Virus record (IMG/VR): IMGVR_UViG_3300042540_001399
Coordinates: 186,001-250,000 of that record
Strand: one strand, 5' to 3'
Length of the DNA: 64,000 bases
Shown piece after piece: positions 53,480 through 62,061 of this stretch. The first letter of the stretch is position 1. Every line of letters begins with the position of its first letter. The translations under genes were made by a program, and so were the position numbers. The notes under the pieces were generated by a model. The model was not told the DNA's origin and ran no database searches. It worked only from the letters and a program-made list of their open reading frames with translations.

Positions 53480-54376
53480 ATAGATTATCCGTTCAGGAAA
53501 AGTTTTGTCAGATTCTATGACAAGTAATTGGAATGAAATTTCCATCTTTGAATGATAAAGATATTGGGCCGTGTATAGTCCATAAAATAAACTACGAAAG
53601 TAGGATAAAGTGAACCCTTAAGTGTGTTGGGTTTGCGGCTTCTTCGGGAGCTTGAGTACACAAGCGGGATACCATTTTGGCTTTAGTATTGAGGGCAACG
53701 CTGTAAAGAATAAGGCAAAATGATTTGGCGATGTGGGTCGTCTGATTGAGGTGGGAACACCAATAGGAATAACCCGTAGGAATATTGCAAGACTCAAAGT
53801 CATCCAACTTTAATATTGCGTTTTCCAATATAATAGGTTACTTAAAACCAAGTGGAAGGACCACAAGGTAAGATGTAGAACGAGTGGTGTCGCTAACATC
53901 CTTCACTCAGGTTTACCAAAACCCGGTGATGAAGTAGTCTAAAAATATGGAGGTAGGGATATCTCACGGAGTAGTTGAGTATCGACTCGTTCAAAAGATG
54001 GGTTGGCTCGGTTGGCGGACCACTACTTCGACAATCCACGACACAAAACTTATGACTATTGAATTAAGTCCATTAATTAATACATTAAGGAAAAGTGTCC
54101 GTCAGGTTTGGATGAAAGGTGACTACATAGTAATGAGCCGTTCATTGCACACAGAGATCCCAAGTCGATGTGTAATTATCCGAAAAACCTTTAGTCCCGC
54201 AAGGACGAGTTGGGAAGGCATTCTCGAAAAGAGTAGATTAGGATGAGAGTAATTCAAACCTTAAGGAGTGGTAAACCTAAAAGACCGTCACTGAGAAATA
54301 CTTCTCAAAAGGAAGTGGATAAGAGTAGAAACAATAATGACTCTAAAGGTTCTCACACAAACGTGTAATCTCAGCG
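53480..54376 (+). ncRNA. large ornate ncRNA, GOLLD-like
   Basis: ~0.9 kb, visibly GC-richer than flanks, many GNRA/UUCG-type hairpins, CTGAGA/TCTCAG terminal stem, own promoter and terminator. Confidence 0.7.
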
Positions 54377-54410
54377 TTTTATTTTAATGGAGCCACCGGT
54401 AAAGAACATT

Positions 54411-54437
54411 AGGGACTGATAGTCCCTTTTTTGTTTT
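54411..54437 (+). terminator. intrinsic terminator
   Basis: AGGGACT-GAT-AGTCCCT plus T tract. Confidence 0.8.
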
Positions 54438-54452
54438 ATAATATTTATATAT

Positions 54453-54662
54453 ATGACAACAATTCACGAAGTCCAACAAGTTCTAACAGTAAACACTCCT
54501 TTTGGCGAAGCTCAAGTTTTATTTATTATTGATTATGGAATCCATAGAAATTCAATATGGGTATGTTCATCATTTGATGATGGTAAAATAAGACATTTTG
54601 ATACCAATCAGATATCTGTTACAATAAATCATACATTAAATTTCAATATGAAAGATAAATAA
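54453..54662 (+). CDS. small hypothetical protein
   Basis: 69 aa; ATATTTAT immediately upstream. Confidence 0.7.
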   Translation: MTTIHEVQQVLTVNTPFGEAQVLFIIDYGIHRNSIWVCSSFDDGKIRHFDTNQISVTINHTLNFNMKDK

Positions 54663-54735
54663 TTGCTTTTTCTGATTTATCATATATTTATTATTAAAAA
54701 TATAATAAAATAATAAAAAAAACAAAATTAAAATT

Positions 54736-55197
54736 ATGAAAAGAATTGTTAGATTAACTGAGTCAGATCTTACTAGAATAGTAAGAAGAGTTATTAGCGA
54801 ACAAACAAAACCATCGGCTAAGGATTATTTTGTCAACGAAAATCAAACTTCAATGCCAGGAGGGACAAACTTTTTTGCCGTAACTTCGGTTGGAGCTCCT
54901 ACACCAATTAAAGATGGAAATTACAAAAGTTTCCAAGTAACTGTTTCAGGTGTCCAATATTATAAAAGTACTAGTGGTGAAGGATGGAAAAAAACAAGAA
55001 ATTTTACAGAAAAACTACAACACAGATGTGGAGCTAAAGCTAACTTTTGGGCCGCAGAGTGGAATGGTGGTATTCCTGAAGTAGATACGGGTTCTGCGGG
55101 ATATGTATCAAAAATGGGAGGTGGATTAGAGTCGACTTCAAATACGTACTGTAATTCAAAAGGAGCTAAGAACCAATCAAGTATTGGACTTATGTAA
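54736..55197 (+). CDS. protein with LTESDL leader
   Basis: first 23 aa identical to ORF 7316 with synonymous changes. Confidence 0.8.
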   Translation: MKRIVRLTESDLTRIVRRVISEQTKPSAKDYFVNENQTSMPGGTNFFAVTSVGAPTPIKDGNYKSFQVTVSGVQYYKSTSGEGWKKTRNFTEKLQHRCGAKANFWAAEWNGGIPEVDTGSAGYVSKMGGGLESTSNTYCNSKGAKNQSSIGLM

Positions 55198-55214
55198 TCA
55201 AAATACAAACAAAT

Positions 55215-55242
55215 AAAAAAACCCTCAATTGAGGGTTTTTTT
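55215..55242. terminator. bidirectional terminator
   Basis: AAAAAAACCCTC/GAGGGTTTTTTT between convergent genes. Confidence 0.85.
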
Positions 55243-55264
55243 ATTTTATTAATATAGTTCTTGA

Positions 55265-55816
55265 TTATTTGTCAAAAACATTTGTATCACTATCGGTGAA
55301 CATTTCATTAAAATCCCTAGTATCTACAGAATATACCCCTTTGTAGTCATCACCATCCTTCCAAATAATTTGTAACTTAGGGTAGTTAGGATTATCTTTC
55401 AAATTGATGATCATTAATTTTTCTGTAATATCATTGTAATACCCTGTTTTATCTGTTACTGAAAAAAATGCAAAATCGGCGTTAGATTTAATCATTTTAA
55501 TATCTAAAGTGTATGTTTTATCAACGATAGAGTCATTTTGGTCGTAATCATAAAAATGATGACTTAATACGTTTTTATCAAAATCAAAAGTATAAATTTG
55601 AAATCCTTCAGTGATAGAATCACTAATTTTATTTTTGAATGAACCTACAGACATTGGGAAATCGGTATAATCAATCTGTTTTGTTGAATTAACAAAGATT
55701 TGTTTGGTCCCATCCAAAGGTTGTGATTTTGTCCCTGTGAATACTTCTTTAGTAACAAAAGATGAAAAAAGTACTATTGATAAAAGTACGAAGATGGATT
55801 TGAAGATTGTTTTCAT
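55265..55816 (-). CDS. exported protein
   Basis: signal peptide MKTIFKSIFVLLSIVLFSSF. Confidence 0.75.
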   Translation of the reverse strand: MKTIFKSIFVLLSIVLFSSFVTKEVFTGTKSQPLDGTKQIFVNSTKQIDYTDFPMSVGSFKNKISDSITEGFQIYTFDFDKNVLSHHFYDYDQNDSIVDKTYTLDIKMIKSNADFAFFSVTDKTGYYNDITEKLMIINLKDNPNYPKLQIIWKDGDDYKGVYSVDTRDFNEMFTDSDTNVFDK

Positions 55817-55938
55817 GGGTTTTTATTTTTTAGTTATTAAATTATTAATAATACAAATATATGTGGTTTTTTTTAATTTACAAACACAAAATTTGTTTTT
55901 TTTCTTTTTTCCCCATCAAATATGATGGGGATTTCAGA

Positions 55939-56329
55939 TGGTGGAGGCGGAGGGACTCGAACCCTCGTCCATAATATCCTGTCAGATAAGGACTACATGT
56001 TTAGGTTGATATTTTCTAATATCCCAAAATAGTTGATTTGTTCTTCACCATCGTAAATCAACAACCAATGGTCCCGAATCGGATTTAGAGAGCCATCCGG
56101 TGTGCTCTATCAAACTACGACTTCTGTTGCTAGGTTATATGTCTGCCGACCCCCCGTTTCCGTAAACTTCTTAAGCTACAGTAACTTCAGAACCTCTTAC
56201 TAATCCAAGAGTTTCCATTTTGTTTAGCACATTGCCAGTTGTTTTCTAAGTCAGTTTTTAAAGAGATTAACTCAGTCCCTACATGCCCTTATTCTTCAGC
56301 CAATACCTGTCAAATCCAAAAACGCCCCC
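55939..56329 (-). ncRNA. ssrA: tmRNA
   Basis: 5' GGGGGCG...GGATTTGACAGG; 3' GGACGAGGGTTCGAGTCCCTCCGCCTCCACCA; G3:U70; tag ORF 56236-56171. Confidence 0.95.
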
Positions 56330-56351
56330 ATATTTTCAATGAACTTTTAAT

Positions 56352-56359
56352 ATAAATAT
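56352..56359 (-). promoter_or_regulatory. ATATTTAT phage promoter-like motif upstream of tmRNA
   Basis: + strand ATAAATAT; 22 nt upstream of the mature 5' end. Confidence 0.6.
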
Positions 56360-56421
56360 TATAAGTACAAATATAAGTACTATTTTAATTATATCCAAAT
56401 TTGGGTATATTTATTTTTAAG

Positions 56422-57501
56422 ATGTCTGAACACAGTGAAATATACGATTTTTTGAAAAAAGTTTCCAAAGGTGACACATCATTTATGCCATATAGTAGAT
56501 GGAATTTACCTTACCCAATTTATGATATAAAGTATAACAGCCAATCACCAGCGTCAAGTGTTATTTGGATTGAATTTGAAAATACCGAAAAATATTTAAA
56601 TGCCTTAGGGATCGATGATGATGAAGATATATTTGTTTGGAATAGATTTATGGAAAATTACTATTATGACGATTATGATTACTACCGTTATGAAGAAGAT
56701 TGGAAAGAAGGTTATATTATAAAAGATTTCAATCCTGAAAACATCCGATTAGTTGAAAATATACTTATGTTATCTAATCCTTCATTAAGTCTAGATATTA
56801 ATAATGATGAAAGTTGTTCTAATGTTTCCTTGTATTTGTCAAGAAGATTTGATGATATTGATTACATTATTAGTGAATTTGGTAATCTAAATGAAGATTG
56901 TAAACGAAGAGCGGTAGTTGACGTTTTAGATAATGAAACTAAAAATCCATTTCGTAAATTTGGTATCACTGAAATTTATAAAAGACACAGATTCAAAACT
57001 ACTGTTAATGTGTTATTACATTGGTATAACGTAATTGACAATAAAGAATTAGACCTAATTGAATTATTACAAGAACTACTGAAAAAATTTGATAATGAAA
57101 GTAGAGGTAATTGGTATGAGTTAGAATATAATGTTTGGTGTGATGATTTTGACAATGAATCGTTTCAAAAGGAAACAAAAAGAAACTTAGAAAAAATTAT
57201 AGAAAATTTGGAAGAAAGTATTGAAGGAAAGGTTGATCTTGAAACAATAAATTCCTTATATAATAAAGTCATAAGTTTGGGTGGGTTTGGTAGATGGATT
57301 AATATTAAAGAAAAGAAAGCTGAAGTTAACTTTAGAGATTTGGATACTAAAAAAGGGATACTAAAATTTTACTATAGAAGCCCACAAACCGGAAAGGCAA
57401 CTGAAGAAAGGTCTGTCAAAAATTTGGAAGAACTCAACTTATCACTTTATCAACCTGAGCTTTTTGAGCATGTAAAAAAAATCAAGAAAATTATATTGTA
57501 A
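56422..57501 (+). CDS. acidic hypothetical protein
   Basis: ATG 56422 after ATATTTAT. Confidence 0.75.
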   Translation: MSEHSEIYDFLKKVSKGDTSFMPYSRWNLPYPIYDIKYNSQSPASSVIWIEFENTEKYLNALGIDDDEDIFVWNRFMENYYYDDYDYYRYEEDWKEGYIIKDFNPENIRLVENILMLSNPSLSLDINNDESCSNVSLYLSRRFDDIDYIISEFGNLNEDCKRRAVVDVLDNETKNPFRKFGITEIYKRHRFKTTVNVLLHWYNVIDNKELDLIELLQELLKKFDNESRGNWYELEYNVWCDDFDNESFQKETKRNLEKIIENLEESIEGKVDLETINSLYNKVISLGGFGRWINIKEKKAEVNFRDLDTKKGILKFYYRSPQTGKATEERSVKNLEELNLSLYQPELFEHVKKIKKIIL

Positions 57502-57530
57502 TTGTTAATTAATTTTCATAAATTTGTATA

Positions 57531-58316
57531 ATGGAAAGAAATTATAATTTACTCAAAGAAGTTTTGTCGGTGCCGTCTAAGACTTATCAAGAAGATTTGT
57601 TAATACAATTTATTTGTGATTGGTTGGACCAAAACAATTTTGATTACTTTGTTGATGATTTATATAATATTTATGTAACTAAACAAACTGATGAATCTGT
57701 TGAGTTTTTTCCTTGTGTAGTTGCACACACAGATACTGTACACAACATAGATAAAATAAATGTAAAAGAAGAAATGTTACCTGACGCCCAAGGTAATGTA
57801 AAACTTTCTTTAAAAGCTTATAATGACGAAGGTAATCCTACAGGTATTGGTGGTGATGATAAGTGTGGTGTTTATGCTTGTTTAGAATTATTGAAAGAAA
57901 TACCCAATTTAAAAGCTGCTTTTTTTGTGGCTGAAGAAACGGGATGTAAAGGGTCTTTCAATGCGGATCCAAATTTCTTTTCAAATGTTGGTTATGTAAT
58001 TCAATTTGATGCTCCCGAAAACAACATGATTTCAGAATTCCTTATGAACAGACCAATGTTTGATAGAAATAGTGAATTTTTTAATGTTGGTGGTAAATTA
58101 ATTACTGAACATTTTCCAAGTGACACAAAATATCACAAACATCCTTACACGGACATTTATCCTTTGAACCAAAAATTTGGTATGTCATGTTTTAATGTTT
58201 CCATAGGTTACTACAATTACCACACAAAAAACGAATATGTTGTCGTAGATGACACCTATAATGGAATCAAGGTTGGTAAGTTAATGATTGAAGAATTAGG
58301 TTGTACTAAACATTAA
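57531..58316 (+). CDS. M28/M20 family metallopeptidase
   Basis: AHTDTV, GGDDKCG, AEETGC, QFD, GYYNYH. Confidence 0.88.
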   Translation: MERNYNLLKEVLSVPSKTYQEDLLIQFICDWLDQNNFDYFVDDLYNIYVTKQTDESVEFFPCVVAHTDTVHNIDKINVKEEMLPDAQGNVKLSLKAYNDEGNPTGIGGDDKCGVYACLELLKEIPNLKAAFFVAEETGCKGSFNADPNFFSNVGYVIQFDAPENNMISEFLMNRPMFDRNSEFFNVGGKLITEHFPSDTKYHKHPYTDIYPLNQKFGMSCFNVSIGYYNYHTKNEYVVVDDTYNGIKVGKLMIEELGCTKH

Positions 58317-58344
58317 AAAAGGAGGACTTTTAATCCTCCTTTTT
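58316..58344. terminator. bidirectional terminator
   Basis: AAAAAGGAGGA/TCCTCCTTTTT. Confidence 0.85.
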
Positions 58345-60390
58345 CTTTCTACCTTTTTTCTTGGGTTCAGGTTTAGATCTATCTTCTATACTTATTGTTT
58401 GTGTTTCTCCTTCTCCCTCAACAAATAACATATAATCAGTTCCTTCGACAACTTCGTTTGTTAGAATTTTTTCAGAAATAAGATCTTCTATTTTATCTTG
58501 TATTGCTCTTTTTATTGGTCTTGCACCATATTGGTCATCAAACCCAACTTTTGATATGAAATCAATGACAGAATTTTCATATGAAACTTTGTATTTCATA
58601 GATGATAATCTAGAAATGAGTTTATCAATTTCTAATTTAACAATTTTATCTATGTGATCTTTTTTAAGTGAATTAAAAATAATAACGTCATCAATTCTAT
58701 TTAAAAATTCAGGTGCAAAAAACTTACTTAATTCTTTTTTAAGAATGTCTCTTTTATATTCTTCTTGGATTGCATCACTATTATTATTTGTTTTAAAACC
58801 AACACCACTACCAAAATCCTGTAATTTCTTTACCCCAATATTTGATGTCATAATTATTAGGCAATTTTTGAAATTTATTTTTCTGCCTAATCCGTCAGTT
58901 AAATGGCCATCATCCAACAATTGAAGTAATGTGGAAAAAACATCTTTATTTGCCTTTTCAATTTCATCAAACAAAATTACAGAATAAGGTTTGTTCTTTA
59001 CTTGCTCTGTTAATTGACCCCCTTCTTCATGACCAACGTATCCTGGTGGTGATCCTATCAAACGTGAAATGGTATGTTTTTCTTGAAACTCACTCATATC
59101 TACCCTAATTAAACTATCTTCACTACCAAATATTTCTTTTGCCAATTGTTTTGCTAAAAAAGTTTTACCAACACCTGTTGATCCTAAAAATATAAAAGAA
59201 CCAATTGGTCTATTTGGATCTTTTATACCTACCCTATTTCTTCTTATAGATTTAGAAATTTTACCTACAGCTTCTTCCTGTCCAATTACATTTTTATTTA
59301 ATGTTGTTTCAAGATTGACTAAAGAATTTTTTTCATCAATGTTTATTTTACTAACAGGAATTTTAGTCATGTTGGACACAACTTCGTAAATTAGTTCTTC
59401 AGGTATACCCCTTTTACTATTTTTAAGGTCTTCTTCAAATTTCTTTTTTTCTTCTTCAAGTTTTAAGAGAATACTTCTTTCACGATCCCTAAGTTCTGCC
59501 GCTTGTTCATAATTTTGTTTTTTTATGACATTAAGTTTTTCTTGTTTAATTTCTTGGGCTTCTATTTTCAATTTTTCAATTGACTCGGGTAGTTTAATAT
59601 CTATTTGCATTCGTGACCCAACCTCATCTAAAATATCAAAAGCTTTATCTGGAAATTCCCGATCGGTAATATATCTATCCGCTAGCTCAACACATAACCA
59701 AAGTGAATCATCAGTGTAATTAACTTTGTGATGTTCTTCATACTTCGATTTACTTTGTTTCAGAATTTCAAAAGTTTCTTCTTTTGTTGATGGATCTACA
59801 ATAATTTTTTGAAACCGTCTTTCTAAAGCCCCATCTTTTTCGAAATGTTTTCTATACTCATCTAAAGTGGTTGCTCCAATACACTGTATTTCACCTCTTG
59901 AAAGTGCTGGTTTAAATATGTTTGATGCATCCAAAGAACCCGAGCTATTACCGGCACCAACCATAGTGTGAATTTCGTCGATAAAAAGAATAATGTTAGG
60001 CGTGTTTTGAAGTTCTTCTATTATAACTTTCATTCTTTCTTCAAACTGACCTCTATATTTTGTTCCAGCAACAATAGAATTTATATCTAAGGAAACTATC
60101 CTTTTATCTACTAAATTTTTTGGACAATCGCCACTATAAATCATCATTGCCAAACCTTCTGCAATTGCCGTTTTACCTGCACCTGGTTCTCCAATAATAA
60201 TAGGATTATTTTTCTTTCTTCTTGAAAGAACTTGAGCAATCCTAAAAATTTCTTTTTCTCTACCAATTACTGGATCTAATTTACCTTGTTCGGCAAGTTT
60301 AATTAAATCTTTACTAAAATTGTCTAAAACAGGCGTTCCACCATCTGTCTTTTTTTTGTTTTTTTCATTATCATCTACAAAATCTAACAT
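58330..60390 (-). CDS. clpC: ClpC-like AAA+ ATPase lacking the N-terminal Clp-repeat domain
   Basis: GEPGAGKT, FIDEIH, UVR-like NYEQAAELRDRE, GSTGVGKT, FDEIEK, VGF ClpP-docking loop. Confidence 0.88.
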   Translation of the reverse strand: MLDFVDDNEKNKKKTDGGTPVLDNFSKDLIKLAEQGKLDPVIGREKEIFRIAQVLSRRKKNNPIIIGEPGAGKTAIAEGLAMMIYSGDCPKNLVDKRIVSLDINSIVAGTKYRGQFEERMKVIIEELQNTPNIILFIDEIHTMVGAGNSSGSLDASNIFKPALSRGEIQCIGATTLDEYRKHFEKDGALERRFQKIIVDPSTKEETFEILKQSKSKYEEHHKVNYTDDSLWLCVELADRYITDREFPDKAFDILDEVGSRMQIDIKLPESIEKLKIEAQEIKQEKLNVIKKQNYEQAAELRDRERSILLKLEEEKKKFEEDLKNSKRGIPEELIYEVVSNMTKIPVSKINIDEKNSLVNLETTLNKNVIGQEEAVGKISKSIRRNRVGIKDPNRPIGSFIFLGSTGVGKTFLAKQLAKEIFGSEDSLIRVDMSEFQEKHTISRLIGSPPGYVGHEEGGQLTEQVKNKPYSVILFDEIEKANKDVFSTLLQLLDDGHLTDGLGRKINFKNCLIIMTSNIGVKKLQDFGSGVGFKTNNNSDAIQEEYKRDILKKELSKFFAPEFLNRIDDVIIFNSLKKDHIDKIVKLEIDKLISRLSSMKYKVSYENSVIDFISKVGFDDQYGARPIKRAIQDKIEDLISEKILTNEVVEGTDYMLFVEGEGETQTISIEDRSKPEPKKKGRKKKED

Positions 60391-60549
60391 ATATAAAATT
60401 TTATTTTAAAAGTAATTATAAGAAAAGTACTAGTCAATACTTGTCTTTTTGTCAGGTTCTTTTAGTATTATATGACAAAATGTCATAGTTTAAACTTTGG
60501 CATATTTTTAATGTTAAAAAAATAAAATAAACTTATAAAAAATAAAAAA

Positions 60550-60927
60550 ATGTTTAATTGGAATAAATTTGACAAACTTTTTAATGAAATGTTTAATTCT
60601 TCTTTTGATGGGTTTTCTTTTGATGAAAATAAATGGCAAAAAAGAACCTATAAATCACCAGATGGAAGTATTTCTATGACTTACTTCACTCATTCACCTA
60701 AAGTAAGTAATCAATCTAATGAAATAGAATTACTTAAACAAAAACTTGATTTGGCGGTTGAAGAACAAAACTTTGAAGATGCCGTAAAATTACGTGATGA
60801 AATTAAAAATTTGGAAATTAATCAAGAAAAAATTTCAGAACTAAAAAATAAATTAGATGAATGTGTAAAAAATCAAGATTTTGAAAGTGCTATAGAATAT
60901 AGGGATCAAATAAAAAGCTTGAAATAA
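60550..60927 (+). CDS. tandem UVR (UvrB/C) domain protein
   Basis: AVEEQNFEDAVKLRDEIK and CVKNQDFESAIEYRDQIK. Confidence 0.85.
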   Translation: MFNWNKFDKLFNEMFNSSFDGFSFDENKWQKRTYKSPDGSISMTYFTHSPKVSNQSNEIELLKQKLDLAVEEQNFEDAVKLRDEIKNLEINQEKISELKNKLDECVKNQDFESAIEYRDQIKSLK

Positions 60928-60930
60928 ATT

Positions 60931-60953
60931 ATCCACCGAAAGGTGGATTTTTT
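60931..60953 (+). terminator. intrinsic terminator
   Basis: ATCCACC-GAAA-GGTGGAT plus T tract. Confidence 0.85.
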
Positions 60954-60985
60954 ATTTATATCAATTATTTTAATTAAAAAAAATT

Positions 60986-61228
60986 ATGGCAATACTAAAA
61001 GAAGAAATAATAGGAACAAAAATCATAAATGAAATCCAATCATCAAATTTAGTTAAAACAGAGTATGATGTTGAGACTAAAAAATTAATTGCTGAATTCA
61101 AAAACGGTATTAAGTATGTTTATGAAGATGTACCACATCAAAAATATACAGAATTCAGAATGGCGCCATCCCAAGGAACTTACTTTAACAAAAACATTTC
61201 AAAGGTTTTCAAATATTCAAAAGTGTAA
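60986..61228 (+). CDS. KTSC domain protein
   Basis: SSNL....YD.....L..EF..G..Y.Y.DVP.......APSQGTYFN..I. Confidence 0.88.
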   Translation: MAILKEEIIGTKIINEIQSSNLVKTEYDVETKKLIAEFKNGIKYVYEDVPHQKYTEFRMAPSQGTYFNKNISKVFKYSKV

Positions 61229-61247
61229 GTTCAAAGTATTTATTAGT

Positions 61248-61985
61248 ATGGATACTCAAGATATTATTAAAAGTTTTGATGCACAGGAAGAGCTTAATCC
61301 AAAAATTTGGGAAAAAAAAGGTAATGACTATACCATGAATCCTGAAGTTAGAACTAAACTTTTAGAAATCGCAGAACTTTTCATTGATTTTTTAGGGATT
61401 GATGTTTTAATAACTGACATTATAATGATCGGTTCATTGGTTAATTATAATTGGTCTAAATATTCAGATGTTGATCTTCACATTGTTGTAAATTATGGCC
61501 AGTTCCCTGACAATACAAAAGAACTCTACGTAGAATTTTTTGATTTAAAAAAGGTAGTTTTTAATGATAGACACGATATAAAAATATTTGGTTATGATGT
61601 CGAATGTTTTGTACAAGATGAAGTAGAAACAACTTTTAGTAGTGGTATATATTCATTATACTATGATATGTGGGTTAATGAACCAAAAAAAATAAGTACT
61701 AAAAATGTAGATTTAGATTTAGTAAAAGAAAAATCGGAACAATGGATGCGAGTAATTGATGGTGTTGTTGATAATTTAAAAGATGAAACACCTGATACTA
61801 TAAAATCATTAGTAAAAAAATACAAACAAAAACTAAAAAAATTTAGGAATTGTGGGTTAGAAAAAGGTGGAGAATTATCTGTAGAAAATTTAGTGTTTAA
61901 ACTTTTAAGAAGAAATGGATATATTAGTAAACTTTACGATATACCAACCGAAGTTGTTGATAAAAAATTATCCATGAATCAATAA
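61248..61985 (+). CDS. pol-beta-superfamily nucleotidyltransferase
   Basis: IGSLVNYNWSKYSDVDLHI (GS..DxD) and DVECFV. Confidence 0.75.
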   Translation: MDTQDIIKSFDAQEELNPKIWEKKGNDYTMNPEVRTKLLEIAELFIDFLGIDVLITDIIMIGSLVNYNWSKYSDVDLHIVVNYGQFPDNTKELYVEFFDLKKVVFNDRHDIKIFGYDVECFVQDEVETTFSSGIYSLYYDMWVNEPKKISTKNVDLDLVKEKSEQWMRVIDGVVDNLKDETPDTIKSLVKKYKQKLKKFRNCGLEKGGELSVENLVFKLLRRNGYISKLYDIPTEVVDKKLSMNQ

Positions 61986-62061
61986 ATATTATTAAAACAA
62001 AACAATATCAAATATCGATATATTTATTTAATAAAAATAATTTAATCAAAAAAAGTATACT

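Noticed and set aside
53592-54246. ORFs 53592-53828, 53618-53803 and 53947-54246
   Set aside because: They lie inside the hairpin-dense ncRNA, have atypical composition and show no promoter or start context.
53480-54376. Large ncRNA as RNase P RNA or group I intron
   Set aside because: No GAGGAAAGUCC/CGGCUUA P4 pair. The R-like (GACTACA 54121) and S-like (TATAGTCC 53574) words are in the wrong order and there are no flanking exons.
55911-55930. Hairpin CCCCATCA/TGATGGGG as tmRNA terminator
   Set aside because: On the minus strand it is followed by A residues, not a U tract; role unclear.
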